Notes: a model not told the origin generated them from the letters alone. A stretch of 64,000 nucleotides of DNA from Candidatus Parcubacteria bacterium (GCA_023134715.1 JAGLUP010000002.1:79906-143905); one strand, 5' to 3'. Shown: positions 34,444-44,250, numbered from the stretch's first letter. Made by a program: numbers and translations.

Positions 34444-35442
34444 ATGTCGGATTTATTGGAAAATTTCAAATTGCCATTAGTTAACGCGCACTGCCATGCC
34501 GCAATGATTGCTTTTAAAGGATTAGCAGAAGACAAGCCGCTCAAAGAATGGTTGGAAAAATACATTTGGCCATTGGAAAGAAAAATGGTAAATAAAGAAA
34601 TGGTAAAAACAGAAACGAAAAAAGCGATTAAAGAAATGAAGAGAAATAAAATCGCTTTTTTCGCTGATATGTATTTTTTTGAAGACCAGGTTGCTGAAGC
34701 CGCAATAGAGGAGAATATGCCGGTTCTTATCGGAGAGGTCTTGCTGGACTTTCCAACGCCGAGTTATAAAAATTTTAATGAAGGACTGCTTATTACTGAA
34801 AAATTATTAGATAAATATAAAAATCATTGTTTAATAAAAACCTCGGTGGCTCCTCATTCAATTTATACTGTAAGCTCTGAACATCTTGTTGAAGCCAAAA
34901 AATTAGCTAAAAAATATAATGTAATTTATCATATTCATTGTTCTGAAACCAAACAAGAATTTGATGATTGTTTAAAAAAATACAACAAAACGCCGGTTCA
35001 ATATTTAGAAAAATTAGGAGTATTAGACGAAAAAACTCTTTTAGCCCATTGCGTCTGGTTAGATGATAAAGATATAAAAATATTATCAAAAAGAAAAGTT
35101 AAAGTGGCTCACTGCCCTTTAAGTAATTCTAAACTTGGTTCTGGTATTGCTCCAATTGTTAAATTACTAAAAAACAATGTTTTAGTATGCCTTGGAACTG
35201 ACGGAGCTGGCAGTTCTAATAGATTAGACATCTGGGAGGCCGGCAAATACGCCGCTTTATCGCAAAAAGCAATTAATTTAGACCCGACTGTTTTACCAAT
35301 TAAAGAAGTTATTAAAATGCTCACGATTAATGGAATGAAAGCTTTGGGATTAGAAATTCTAAACGGAAAGAATATAAAACAATGGGAAAAAGAACTACAA
35401 AAAAATAATTACTCTTTTTTATATAGTTCAAACTTTTCATAA
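34444..35442 (+). CDS. amidohydrolase (MTA/SAH deaminase / chlorohydrolase-like)
   Basis: VNAHCHAAMIAFKGLAEDKPLKEWL, HIHCSET, LAHCVWL, LGTDGAGSSN. Confidence 0.7.
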   Translation: MSDLLENFKLPLVNAHCHAAMIAFKGLAEDKPLKEWLEKYIWPLERKMVNKEMVKTETKKAIKEMKRNKIAFFADMYFFEDQVAEAAIEENMPVLIGEVLLDFPTPSYKNFNEGLLITEKLLDKYKNHCLIKTSVAPHSIYTVSSEHLVEAKKLAKKYNVIYHIHCSETKQEFDDCLKKYNKTPVQYLEKLGVLDEKTLLAHCVWLDDKDIKILSKRKVKVAHCPLSNSKLGSGIAPIVKLLKNNVLVCLGTDGAGSSNRLDIWEAGKYAALSQKAINLDPTVLPIKEVIKMLTINGMKALGLEILNGKNIKQWEKELQKNNYSFLYSSNFS

Positions 35443-35460
35443 TAAAATTAGCTTAAAATT

Positions 35461-36306
35461 ATGGATTCATCATATGTTATTAATTTAAGCGGGGAGAAGG
35501 AGCAATTTTCTTTTCAGAAAGTATATAGGTCGGCTAAGCGAGCCGGAGCTTCTGCGCAATTGGCTCAAAAAATCGCTGAAATAATTGAAAAACAGGCATA
35601 TCCTGGAATTAAAACTTCTGAAATTTTCAAAAAAGTAAAACAATTACTTGGTCAAGAAAGCCCAAAGGCGGCTTTGAAATTTAATTTAAAAAAAGCTATG
35701 CAAAAATTAGGGCCCACTGGTTTTATTTTTGAAAAATTTGTCGGTGAAATTTTTGAAAAATTGGGCTATAAAGTAAAAATTAATCAATTTCTGCCTGGTG
35801 GCTGTATCCGGGATTATGAAATAGATTTTATAGCCCAAAAAAATAAATTATTATATGTAGGGGAGTGTAAATACCGAAATTTGCCCGGCGAAAGAGTGGG
35901 GTCCAAAGACGCTTTGGCTAATTTTGCACGATTTTCAGATATTTTAAATGGGCCATATTTTAAATCAAATCAGTATAAAAATTTCAAAATAAAAACAATA
36001 ATGGTCGCTAATACAAAATTCACTAAAAGAGCCATAGATTATTCTGCCTGCGTGGGCGCTGAACTTTTGGGATGGAGATATCCAAAAAACAAAGGATTAG
36101 AATATTTAATTGAAAGCCAAAAACTTTATCCAATTACAATCCTGCCTTCTTTAAATAATTATTTGGCTGACTATTTAGTTTCAAAAAAAATAATGCTGGC
36201 TCAAGATGTTTTAAAAATTAACGCGGAAAATCTGGCAAGTAAATTAAAAATACCAAAAAACAAAATTCAACGCCTCATACAAGAAGCAAAAACTTTATTA
36301 AAATGA
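35461..36306 (+). CDS. ATP-cone domain fused to an Mrr-type restriction endonuclease domain
   Basis: N-terminal VINLSGEKEQFSFQKVYRS..; FEKFVGEIFEKLGYKV..YEIDFIA..YVGECKYR. Confidence 0.65.
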   Translation: MDSSYVINLSGEKEQFSFQKVYRSAKRAGASAQLAQKIAEIIEKQAYPGIKTSEIFKKVKQLLGQESPKAALKFNLKKAMQKLGPTGFIFEKFVGEIFEKLGYKVKINQFLPGGCIRDYEIDFIAQKNKLLYVGECKYRNLPGERVGSKDALANFARFSDILNGPYFKSNQYKNFKIKTIMVANTKFTKRAIDYSACVGAELLGWRYPKNKGLEYLIESQKLYPITILPSLNNYLADYLVSKKIMLAQDVLKINAENLASKLKIPKNKIQRLIQEAKTLLK

Positions 36307-37598
36307 AAAAAGCAAATTTAATTTTAATGGTAATAGTGTTGAGCAGTTTGGCTGTTTTTATTTTATGGCTTGAAGCCAATGATAATAAAAAAATAATTGA
36401 AAAAAATGATGATGAGATAGAGATAGTAAATGAAATAAAGGCAGAAAATGAAATAGGTGATGAAGAAAAAAATAAAGATAAAGATGAGGCAAGCGAGATT
36501 ATTGCTCTTGAACCTCTGACTTCAGAAGAAATAAATGAAATTATTGAAGCAGGCGTGAATTGGCTCAAACAGTCGCAAGAGCCAAACGGGCATTTTTATT
36601 ATGAATACTCGCCAATAGCAGATAGTTATTCAAAGCAAGACCTTATGGTAAGGCAAACAGGCGCTCTTTATATCTTGGGAGAAATTTTAAAAAAAGACAA
36701 AGAAAATAAATACAATCTTAAAGATGCTGTTGTCAAAGCAATTGATTATTTTGAGAAAAACTCAAAATCAGGAGAAATAAACGGCTATGAATTCCGCTGT
36801 GTTTTGAGAAATACTCATATGTGTTCGCTGGGAGGAACAAGTTTAACTCTTATAGGAATAATAGATTTAATAGAAACATATCCTGAACTGAAAAATGAAT
36901 ACAAGGAGCTTATGACTGATTATTTAAACCATATTTTGGCAATGAAAAAGCCGGAGCAAGGTTTTAGAGGATTTTATTACTTAAACGGACATCCGTCAGA
37001 AACAGAATCGCATTTTTCTAACGGAGAAGCATTTTTAGCTTTAGCTAAATATTATAAATATAATCCTACTGCTGAAGTTAAAAAAGTAATAGATGATTCC
37101 TTTGATTATTTTGAGGCAAAATATAACGAGGTTTATGATTGTAATTTTTACCTCTGGGGAATGGGAGCGATAAAAGATTTATCTATTGCTGAACCAACAG
37201 ATAAGTATTATGATTTTGTAAAAGCATATACTGATTGGCGTGTCTCGGCGTATAAAAACAGAAGAGCGTCTCTGGGAAATAAATGCGCTTATATTGAAGG
37301 CGTTATCAGCGCTTATTCAGTCATAGAGCCAAATCTTACTGAAGAAGAAGAAAAATATTATCTGGAAGAAATAAATTTCTGGCTGGCAAAAAGCAGGGAA
37401 CTGCAGGCCGACGATTCTGGATTTCTTAATTTAAAATATGGCAATCAAACTTATGACTTAAAAGTTTTAAAGCCGGAAAAAGCTCATGGCGGTTTTCTTA
37501 CTGGATTAAATAATCCATACCAAAGAATTGATTTCACTCAGCACTGCCTAAGCAGTTATCTTCAAAAACTAACAGACATTGATAACAAAGGTTTATAA
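36303..37598 (+). CDS. membrane-anchored hypothetical protein
   Basis: N-terminal TM helix, acidic low-complexity linker, WLKQSQEPNGHF repeat-like motif; family uncertain. Confidence 0.45.
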   Translation: MKKANLILMVIVLSSLAVFILWLEANDNKKIIEKNDDEIEIVNEIKAENEIGDEEKNKDKDEASEIIALEPLTSEEINEIIEAGVNWLKQSQEPNGHFYYEYSPIADSYSKQDLMVRQTGALYILGEILKKDKENKYNLKDAVVKAIDYFEKNSKSGEINGYEFRCVLRNTHMCSLGGTSLTLIGIIDLIETYPELKNEYKELMTDYLNHILAMKKPEQGFRGFYYLNGHPSETESHFSNGEAFLALAKYYKYNPTAEVKKVIDDSFDYFEAKYNEVYDCNFYLWGMGAIKDLSIAEPTDKYYDFVKAYTDWRVSAYKNRRASLGNKCAYIEGVISAYSVIEPNLTEEEEKYYLEEINFWLAKSRELQADDSGFLNLKYGNQTYDLKVLKPEKAHGGFLTGLNNPYQRIDFTQHCLSSYLQKLTDIDNKGL

Positions 37599-37627
37599 AT
37601 ATAAATAAATATGAATAGAAAATACCA

Positions 37628-39088
37628 ATGGATAAAATGATAAACTTAAGAATACATCACTTTTATGATATCCTTCGTAGTTTTGGACAGAATAAAAAAA
37701 TAAAACCTCATCCTCATTTACATTCATTTCATAAGGTGGCGGAATTAGTTCGTCATAATCCTAATTTAAAAATAAAAATCACTATAAGTTGCGATAGCAT
37801 TTGCGAAAACTGTATACATTATAAAAATGGAACTTGTGATGATTTGATAACTCATAGAAAAGATTTTAGCTCAAAAGAAGCATTAAATAATTATATTGAC
37901 AAACGAATAATGAAAAAATGTTTATTAAAAAAAGGCGATATATTAACAGTCCGTCAATTATGTGAGAAAGCAGAATTATATTTAGATAACATAGAATTTA
38001 TTTATTCAGGCAATGACTTAGGGCATACAAAAAAACGAAAAAATAATGTCATTGATGGATTGAAATATTACAATAAAATTATGGTTAAAAATAAAAAGAA
38101 AGAAAAATTGAATAAAGGGGAAATAATTATTTATAAAACTTCTCAAAAAGAGATTGAACTAAGGGTGCGGTTGGAAAAAGAGACAATATGGCTTGATGCG
38201 CATCAAATGGCACAGGTTTTTAATATTGACAGAACTGTTATAGTCAAGCATATAGGAAATATTTACAAATCAAAAGAATTAAGAAAAAAATCAACCTGTG
38301 TAAAAATTGCACAGGTTGCTGCGGACGGTAAAATCCGGCAAATGAATTTGTATAATCTAGATATGGTAATTTCTGTTGGCTACCGTATAAATTCGCAAAG
38401 AGCAACGCAATTTAGAATTTGGGCAACCAGAATTTTAAAACAGCATATTTTACAGGGCTATACTATAAATGAAAAAAGATTATTGGAAGCGCGAAATAAA
38501 TTTAATCAATTACGGGAAATAATTAATTTTTTACAGCAAAAATCAAAAGCAAAATTATTGCATGGACAGGAAAAAGAGATTTTAAATTTACTCGCTAATT
38601 ATTCAAAAACACTTACTCTTTTAGAACAATACGATAAAAGCAAACTTGAAACCGTTCGCGGTAAAAAATCAAAATTTATTTTAGAATATGATAAATGCTT
38701 AGAAATTATTGTCAAAATTAAAAAAGAATTGGTTGATAAAAAAGAAGCTGGAGAACTCTTTGGCAGCGAGGTCTCCCATAAACTTGAAAGTGTGGCTAAA
38801 AACCTCTATCAAACCTTTGATAGTAAAGAACTTTATAAAACAATTGAAGAAAAAGCAGCGAATTTACTTTACCTAATTATCAAAGACCATCCTTTTGTTG
38901 ACGGCAATAAACGGATTGGTTCATTTTTGTTTGTTTATTTCTTAGATAAAAATAATTATTTATATCGCGAGACAGGAGAAAAGAAAATAAATGACAACGC
39001 TCTGACAGCTTTGGCTCTTTTGATAGCTCAAAGCGAACCAAGAGAAAAAGATCAAATGATCGCGCTGATTACCCAATTATTAAAATAA
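37628..39088 (+). CDS. DUF1284-like / RhuM / Fic-DOC fusion protein
   Basis: LRIHHFYDILRSFG..CDSICENCIHYKNGTC; RhuM core NLYNLDMVISVGYRINSQRATQFRIWAT; Fic/DOC motif HPFVDGNKRIGS. Confidence 0.65.
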   Translation: MDKMINLRIHHFYDILRSFGQNKKIKPHPHLHSFHKVAELVRHNPNLKIKITISCDSICENCIHYKNGTCDDLITHRKDFSSKEALNNYIDKRIMKKCLLKKGDILTVRQLCEKAELYLDNIEFIYSGNDLGHTKKRKNNVIDGLKYYNKIMVKNKKKEKLNKGEIIIYKTSQKEIELRVRLEKETIWLDAHQMAQVFNIDRTVIVKHIGNIYKSKELRKKSTCVKIAQVAADGKIRQMNLYNLDMVISVGYRINSQRATQFRIWATRILKQHILQGYTINEKRLLEARNKFNQLREIINFLQQKSKAKLLHGQEKEILNLLANYSKTLTLLEQYDKSKLETVRGKKSKFILEYDKCLEIIVKIKKELVDKKEAGELFGSEVSHKLESVAKNLYQTFDSKELYKTIEEKAANLLYLIIKDHPFVDGNKRIGSFLFVYFLDKNNYLYRETGEKKINDNALTALALLIAQSEPREKDQMIALITQLLK

Positions 39089-39172
39089 CCTTTGTAATTA
39101 TATGACAAAATTTCAAAAAAGGGTATAATAAATTAAACTTAAAGGTCGTTAATGTAATAAATAATCAATTAA

Positions 39173-39232
39173 CCCCCCTCTTTTAGGATTTATGTTCTAT
39201 GTCTATGTATTGAAAAGTAAGAAAGAGGGGGG
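39173..39232 (+). promoter_or_regulatory. 5'-UTR hairpin that sequesters the SD region
   Basis: CCCCCCTCTTT (39173-83) pairs with AAAGAGGGGGG (39222-32); 38-nt loop with CTATGT repeats; ATG at 39248. Confidence 0.5.
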
Positions 39233-39247
39233 GGTAAAATAAAAAAT

Positions 39248-40240
39248 ATGAAATATTTAAAATTTTTGCTAATTATATCATTGCTTTGTGTGGCTGTAAG
39301 CTCTGACGCAGTAGTTTCCTTAGATGGAAAACAGCTAAGCCCGCAGAATATTGATTCATCTATGGATTTAAAAGTAAGCGCGCCGAAAGTAAACGTCTAT
39401 ATTGAAACTGAAAAAATAGCCCCGAAAGAAATAAAAGTTTATCTTCCTACTGTAAAAGATGTGGCAGTTGAAGTCAAAAAAGAAATAGACAACTTGAGTA
39501 TTCATCCAGATATAATATTTAATCCTGATTTTTCTGAGATTACTAATTTAAAAATTAATCCTGTGGTTGAGAAAGAAAAAGTAATTTACAAACTTGAATT
39601 GCCGACTGATACTGCTATCTATAAAGAAAAAAATATTATTCAACCGATATTTGACTTAAGGATAGACAAACCTGTTGAATTTAGAATAAAAAGCCAGCAA
39701 ATTGAAATAGGCAATGAACAAATAATAGATTATAAAAAAGTCATATCTAAAATTGAAGGCGAAAAAGCTTTTTCCGGGATTAACATAGAAGTTCAATCAA
39801 TGGCAAGAAAAGAAATGCACAACATAGAGGTTGTTCCAAAAGTAAATTCTGCTGTTTTTAAATTTACACACCGAGAACAAACGGTCTCAATGCCTGTATA
39901 TTCTGATTTTAAAGTAGAAAATAAAAAACTGTATTTGATTGAAAACAAAAAAATACATAATTTGAAAGTTTTGCCAACAGAAATTTATTCATCAGTTCAT
40001 AGTATCGCGGAGAAAAATCCAAAAGTAATAATAAACTTAATTGATTTGAAAGTTGAAAACGATAAACCAGTTTATGACTTAAGAGTGGAAGAACCATTCA
40101 AACTTCTCTGGCTTATACCAATGAAAATACAAACTAAATATCTTATTAACCCTGCAGATGGAAGCGTGAACGAAAAAGAAAAACCATGGTATTCATTTTT
40201 AGGCAGCAGCATTAAGCTGTTTGAAAATCTGTCTTTCTAA
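39248..40240 (+). CDS. secreted hypothetical protein
   Basis: Signal-like N-terminus. C-terminal LLWLIPMKIQ..NPADGSV..KPWYSFLG shared with the Kazal-repeat protein. Confidence 0.5.
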   Translation: MKYLKFLLIISLLCVAVSSDAVVSLDGKQLSPQNIDSSMDLKVSAPKVNVYIETEKIAPKEIKVYLPTVKDVAVEVKKEIDNLSIHPDIIFNPDFSEITNLKINPVVEKEKVIYKLELPTDTAIYKEKNIIQPIFDLRIDKPVEFRIKSQQIEIGNEQIIDYKKVISKIEGEKAFSGINIEVQSMARKEMHNIEVVPKVNSAVFKFTHREQTVSMPVYSDFKVENKKLYLIENKKIHNLKVLPTEIYSSVHSIAEKNPKVIINLIDLKVENDKPVYDLRVEEPFKLLWLIPMKIQTKYLINPADGSVNEKEKPWYSFLGSSIKLFENLSF

Positions 40241-41595
40241 TGGACGCAAAATTAAAATATCAAATAATTCCAATAACGCTTATTTTTATTGGGGTTTTAT
40301 TATTTGGCGGATATAAATTTTACCAAATAAATCAAAATTTGGAAGTTCTTAAATTAGAAAAAATTAGGCAGGAAAAAATTGCTGAAGAAAAAATAACCGC
40401 TCTTAAAGAAAAATTGGCTGAACAAGAAATTCAAAACGCATTTTTGGAAAAAGAAAAGCCCGACCCCATTGAAATAGCTAAAAGATTTAATAAAGAATAT
40501 GCTGCCAGAAAAAAAGTTTTAGAACTCTCAAATAATACCAAGGGAGTTTATATGACCAAGCTTATTGCTAACTCCAGACCTCAAGATTTAACAGCCAGAA
40601 AAATTTTACAAGATATTAAAAAACTTTTAGACGAAACCGAGCTTAACGCTGTAGTAATAGATGTAAAAGAAGTAGATGGATTTGAATTATCAGATTCTCT
40701 GAAAAAATTGATTAAAGAGCTGCATAAAAAAGATATTTGGGTTATTGCGCGCTTTGTGGCTTTTCGCGATTCTGCTTTAATTAAAGAAAGACCAGAGCTT
40801 TATCTTAAAAAACAAGACGGCGCTCTTTGGCAGGATGAAAAAGGATATTTTTGGCTTGACCCTGCCAGCTCCCAGGTTCAAAAATATCTTCTTGATTTAT
40901 GCTATGAAGTAATTGATTTTGAATTTGATGAAATTCAATTTGATTATATTCGTTTTCCAGCCAAAGATAGGGGAGCGGTTTATCCGATTTATAATAAAAA
41001 TGATGAAAAACGCGAAGCTATCAGAAATTTCTTTTTAAAAATACGAAACAACCTGCGAGCTTATAAACCAGACATCATTCTTTCTGTTGACCTTTTTGGA
41101 GAAACAGCCACTCGTTTTGTTTCTTCGGAAATAGGCCAGGACTTGGCTGACGCTGTTGATATCTTTGATTATGTGTCTTTTATGCTTTATCCCAGTCATT
41201 TCTTCCAAGGATTTCAAGTAGGGGGTGTTTATTTTCCTTATGAAAATGAAGATATTACCAAGGTGGTTTCCAGCAATCCATATCAGGTAATTTTAAGATC
41301 AATTTTTTCCGGCTCTGATTATCTTTCTTTGTCTTATTCTGAAAACAAGCTGCAGCCGCAATGCCCCGGCAAAGGTTTTTCTTTTTTGTTCTGTCCTCAG
41401 GCAAAAATTCGTCCCTGGCTTCAGGATTTTGATTTAAAATCTGACACATCAAGAGGGATTTTTTATGACGCTGAAAAAATAAAAGCCCAAATTAAAGCGG
41501 CAGAGGACTCGGACGCTTCTGGCTGGCTCATCTGGGACCCTTCAAATATTTATACAAGCACCAAAAAAGCGCTAAAAGATGAAATAATAAAGTAA
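40240..41595 (+). CDS. putative TIM-barrel glycoside hydrolase-like protein (DUF4015-like)
   Basis: N-terminal TM helix; NAVVIDVKE, WVIARFVAFRD, FDEIQFDYIRFP. Confidence 0.45.
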   Translation: MDAKLKYQIIPITLIFIGVLLFGGYKFYQINQNLEVLKLEKIRQEKIAEEKITALKEKLAEQEIQNAFLEKEKPDPIEIAKRFNKEYAARKKVLELSNNTKGVYMTKLIANSRPQDLTARKILQDIKKLLDETELNAVVIDVKEVDGFELSDSLKKLIKELHKKDIWVIARFVAFRDSALIKERPELYLKKQDGALWQDEKGYFWLDPASSQVQKYLLDLCYEVIDFEFDEIQFDYIRFPAKDRGAVYPIYNKNDEKREAIRNFFLKIRNNLRAYKPDIILSVDLFGETATRFVSSEIGQDLADAVDIFDYVSFMLYPSHFFQGFQVGGVYFPYENEDITKVVSSNPYQVILRSIFSGSDYLSLSYSENKLQPQCPGKGFSFLFCPQAKIRPWLQDFDLKSDTSRGIFYDAEKIKAQIKAAEDSDASGWLIWDPSNIYTSTKKALKDEIIK

Positions 41596-41599
41596 AAAT

Positions 41600-41887
41600 A
41601 TGAAAATTTATATAGAAAAAAATAAATTTAATGAAAGTTTATACAGCTTTATGAGAGATTGCGGATATATGCCTTTTCATGACAGCTATATAAGGCCTTT
41701 AATTCCAAGCGGCTATCCTCGCTTCCATATTTACACAAGCGAAACAGATGAACAATATATTCTCAATCTGCATATTGACCAAAAAAAACCAAGCTATGGA
41801 AAGCAAGCCGCGCACAGCGCGGAATATGACGGGCAAATTGTAGAACAAGAAGCAAGAAGAATACAAAACAACATTGACCAGCTTTAA
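41600..41887 (+). CDS. hypothetical protein
   Basis: 95-aa ORF followed by a terminator. Confidence 0.45.
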   Translation: MKIYIEKNKFNESLYSFMRDCGYMPFHDSYIRPLIPSGYPRFHIYTSETDEQYILNLHIDQKKPSYGKQAAHSAEYDGQIVEQEARRIQNNIDQL

Positions 41888-41901
41888 AAACCAAGTAAAA
41901 G

Positions 41902-41925
41902 ACAGAGATGGCTTCTCTGTTTTTT
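41902..41925 (+). terminator. intrinsic terminator
   Basis: ACAGAGA-tggct-TCTCTGT followed by T5. Confidence 0.7.
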
Positions 41926-41961
41926 ATTGCTTAGAATTAGACAATAAAAAAATAGAAAAAC

Positions 41962-43485
41962 ATGAATAAAACAACAAAAATTAAAAATCCAGTATTTGTT
42001 TTGCGAAATGCTTCAAAATCCTATGGCAACCAGGACTTGTTTTCAGATGCCAATTTAACAGTAAATTTTAATCATCGGATTGCGATTGTCGGGCCGAATG
42101 GCATAGGCAAAAGCGCTCTCTTAAAAACAATTATTGGATTAGAAGAATTAGACGATGGGAATATAATAAAAAATAAAGATTTGAAAATTGGTTATCTGTC
42201 TCAGGAAACTCACTGGAAATCGCTTGAGAATACTCTTTCGCAAGAAATTAATTCTGAAAATTTAAAAGAGAATAAATTAAATAACAATTATCGTTATAAG
42301 GGACTGGTTGAGAAGTTCTTGGATGGTTTTGGTTTTTCCAAAGAAAGTTTTCAAAGAAAAATTAAAACATTGAGCGGCGGAGAAAGAACAAAGTTAGCAT
42401 TAGCTAAAATTTTAGCTTTTGAGCCAAATTTATTGGTTTTAGACGAACCCACGAATCACCTTGATTTAGAAACAATAGAGTGGCTGGAAGAACTTTTATT
42501 AAAATGGAAACAAGCGATAATTTGCGTATCCCATGATAGATATTTCTTAGATAAAATATGCGACAAGACATTTGAGCTGACTAAGAAAGGATTAGATAAG
42601 TATTATTGCGCTTATTCTGAACATCTTAAAGAAAAAGATAAACGTTTTGAGAGAAAAGAAAGAGAGTATAAAAATCAGCAGAAATATTTTAAGAAGCAGC
42701 AGATTTTTATTGATCGTTTTAGGGCAAAAGCATGCGCGGCAAAGGCTGTCCGGAGCAGGATTAAACAATTAGGAAAATTAGAGCAGGCTGAAAAACCTGA
42801 AACGTTCAGAGATATAAAAATTGGTTTTGATATTGGAATAAAAACCTGTACAAAAGTTTTGGAAATAAACAATTTAATAGTTGGCAGAAAACAAGCGCCT
42901 TTGTTTAAAACATCTGGCAGAATAGAAGTAAATTGGGGAGATAAGATTGGAATTATAGGTAAAAATGGCGCTGGAAAGTCTACTTTATTAAAAAGTATTT
43001 TGAATATGAACGAGCTTGTAAAAGGAAAAATTAATACTGGGCAAGGGATAGAAATAGGTTATTACGCTCAGGCGCATGAGGAGCTGGACCCTAAAAAAAC
43101 CATAATGGAAGAGATTGCGTCTAAAACTACAGCTCAAGAAGAAAAAATCAGGAGTGTTCTGGGATGCCTTTTGTTTACTCAAAATCAAGTTTCAAAAAAG
43201 ATTGACAGTTTAAGCGGAGGCGAGCGCGCAAGAGTTGCTTTGGCTGAACTGATATTAGAGAAATCAAACTTTCTCTTGTTAGACGAGCCAACTAATCATT
43301 TAGATTTGCCAAGCAAAGAAGTTGTAACCAATATGTTAAAAGAATTTAAGGGCGCAATTCTTTTGGTTTCTCATGATAGATATATTTTGAATAATGTATG
43401 TAATATGATTTGGGAGATAAGTGATGGAAAATTAAAGAGATATATAGGAAATTACGAAGATTATCGCTACAATCTCAATCTTTAG
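41962..43485 (+). CDS. ABC-F family ATPase
   Basis: Two ABC cassettes (GPNGIGKS / GKNGAGKS, LSGGERTKLALA / LSGGERARVALA) joined by a basic linker; no TM domain. Confidence 0.85.
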   Translation: MNKTTKIKNPVFVLRNASKSYGNQDLFSDANLTVNFNHRIAIVGPNGIGKSALLKTIIGLEELDDGNIIKNKDLKIGYLSQETHWKSLENTLSQEINSENLKENKLNNNYRYKGLVEKFLDGFGFSKESFQRKIKTLSGGERTKLALAKILAFEPNLLVLDEPTNHLDLETIEWLEELLLKWKQAIICVSHDRYFLDKICDKTFELTKKGLDKYYCAYSEHLKEKDKRFERKEREYKNQQKYFKKQQIFIDRFRAKACAAKAVRSRIKQLGKLEQAEKPETFRDIKIGFDIGIKTCTKVLEINNLIVGRKQAPLFKTSGRIEVNWGDKIGIIGKNGAGKSTLLKSILNMNELVKGKINTGQGIEIGYYAQAHEELDPKKTIMEEIASKTTAQEEKIRSVLGCLLFTQNQVSKKIDSLSGGERARVALAELILEKSNFLLLDEPTNHLDLPSKEVVTNMLKEFKGAILLVSHDRYILNNVCNMIWEISDGKLKRYIGNYEDYRYNLNL

Positions 43486-43572
43486 TTTTTTAAAAAATCT
43501 TAATCTTAATTCCGCGCAGTGGTATTTGGGTCTGTTTTGTAGGTCTAAGGTCGGGTCTTAAACTATCTAAAT

Positions 43573-43694
43573 TTGACAAAATTGCGCTGATACGGTATAT
43601 TTAAAATAACAATGGAGGATAAAAAGTTGAATTTTCAACTTTTAAAAATAAGTTCATTGTAAATAAAATAATGAAATGAAAAAGAGGTGTAAAA
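43573..43694 (+). promoter_or_regulatory. promoter plus conserved structured leader, copy 1
   Basis: TTGACA-17-TATATT; AATAACAATGGAGGAT; hairpin AAAAGTTGA-attt-TCAACTTTT (43622-43); TTCATT/AATGAA (43653-75); SD AGAGGTG. Confidence 0.6.
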
Positions 43695-44192
43695 ATGGAT
43701 GAAAATGAAATAAAAAACGAAATAGAAACGGATGTTTCTGATATTCCTTCAGGAGCAGCATTGAAAGCAATTAAATATTTTACGGATGATTATTTAACGC
43801 AGGGCGAATTACAAGAAAAAACAAGAGACGACCAAAAACCTGTTGCTATAGCAATAGTGAATAAAAGCGGTAATTTAATAGCTTTTATTGGTATGGATAA
43901 GGTGAATCCGATTGATGTAGAATTGAGTATTGCTAAGGCCTGCGCAGCTCAGAAGTTTGAAGCAGATACTATTGACCTAAGAGATCTGAGGCGTTTAACA
44001 TCTAATCGACCTTACCTCTATGGGGGAGGAATTACCATAAGAAACATGGAAGGAAAAGTCATCGGAGCAATAGGCGTAAGCGGTAGAGATACTGGAGAAG
44101 AAAACCATAAAATAGTAGTTGATGAGGCTCTGTATCATTTAAAAACAGTTTTGATCTCGCAAAAAAAAATGAGGGACCATATTAAGAGATGA
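43695..44192 (+). CDS. GlcG/HbpS-like (DUF336) protein
   Basis: PVAIAIVNKSGNLIAF..., GGGITIRNMEGKVIGAIGVSGRD. Confidence 0.7.
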   Translation: MDENEIKNEIETDVSDIPSGAALKAIKYFTDDYLTQGELQEKTRDDQKPVAIAIVNKSGNLIAFIGMDKVNPIDVELSIAKACAAQKFEADTIDLRDLRRLTSNRPYLYGGGITIRNMEGKVIGAIGVSGRDTGEENHKIVVDEALYHLKTVLISQKKMRDHIKR

Positions 44193-44194
44193 TA

Positions 44195-44231
44195 AGAGGA
44201 GAAATCAAAAATAAATTTTCCTCTTTTTTTT
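44195..44231 (+). terminator. intrinsic terminator
   Basis: AGAGGAGAAA...TTTCCTCT followed by T8. Confidence 0.6.
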
Positions 44232-44250
44232 ATTGTATGTTTAAACTCAA

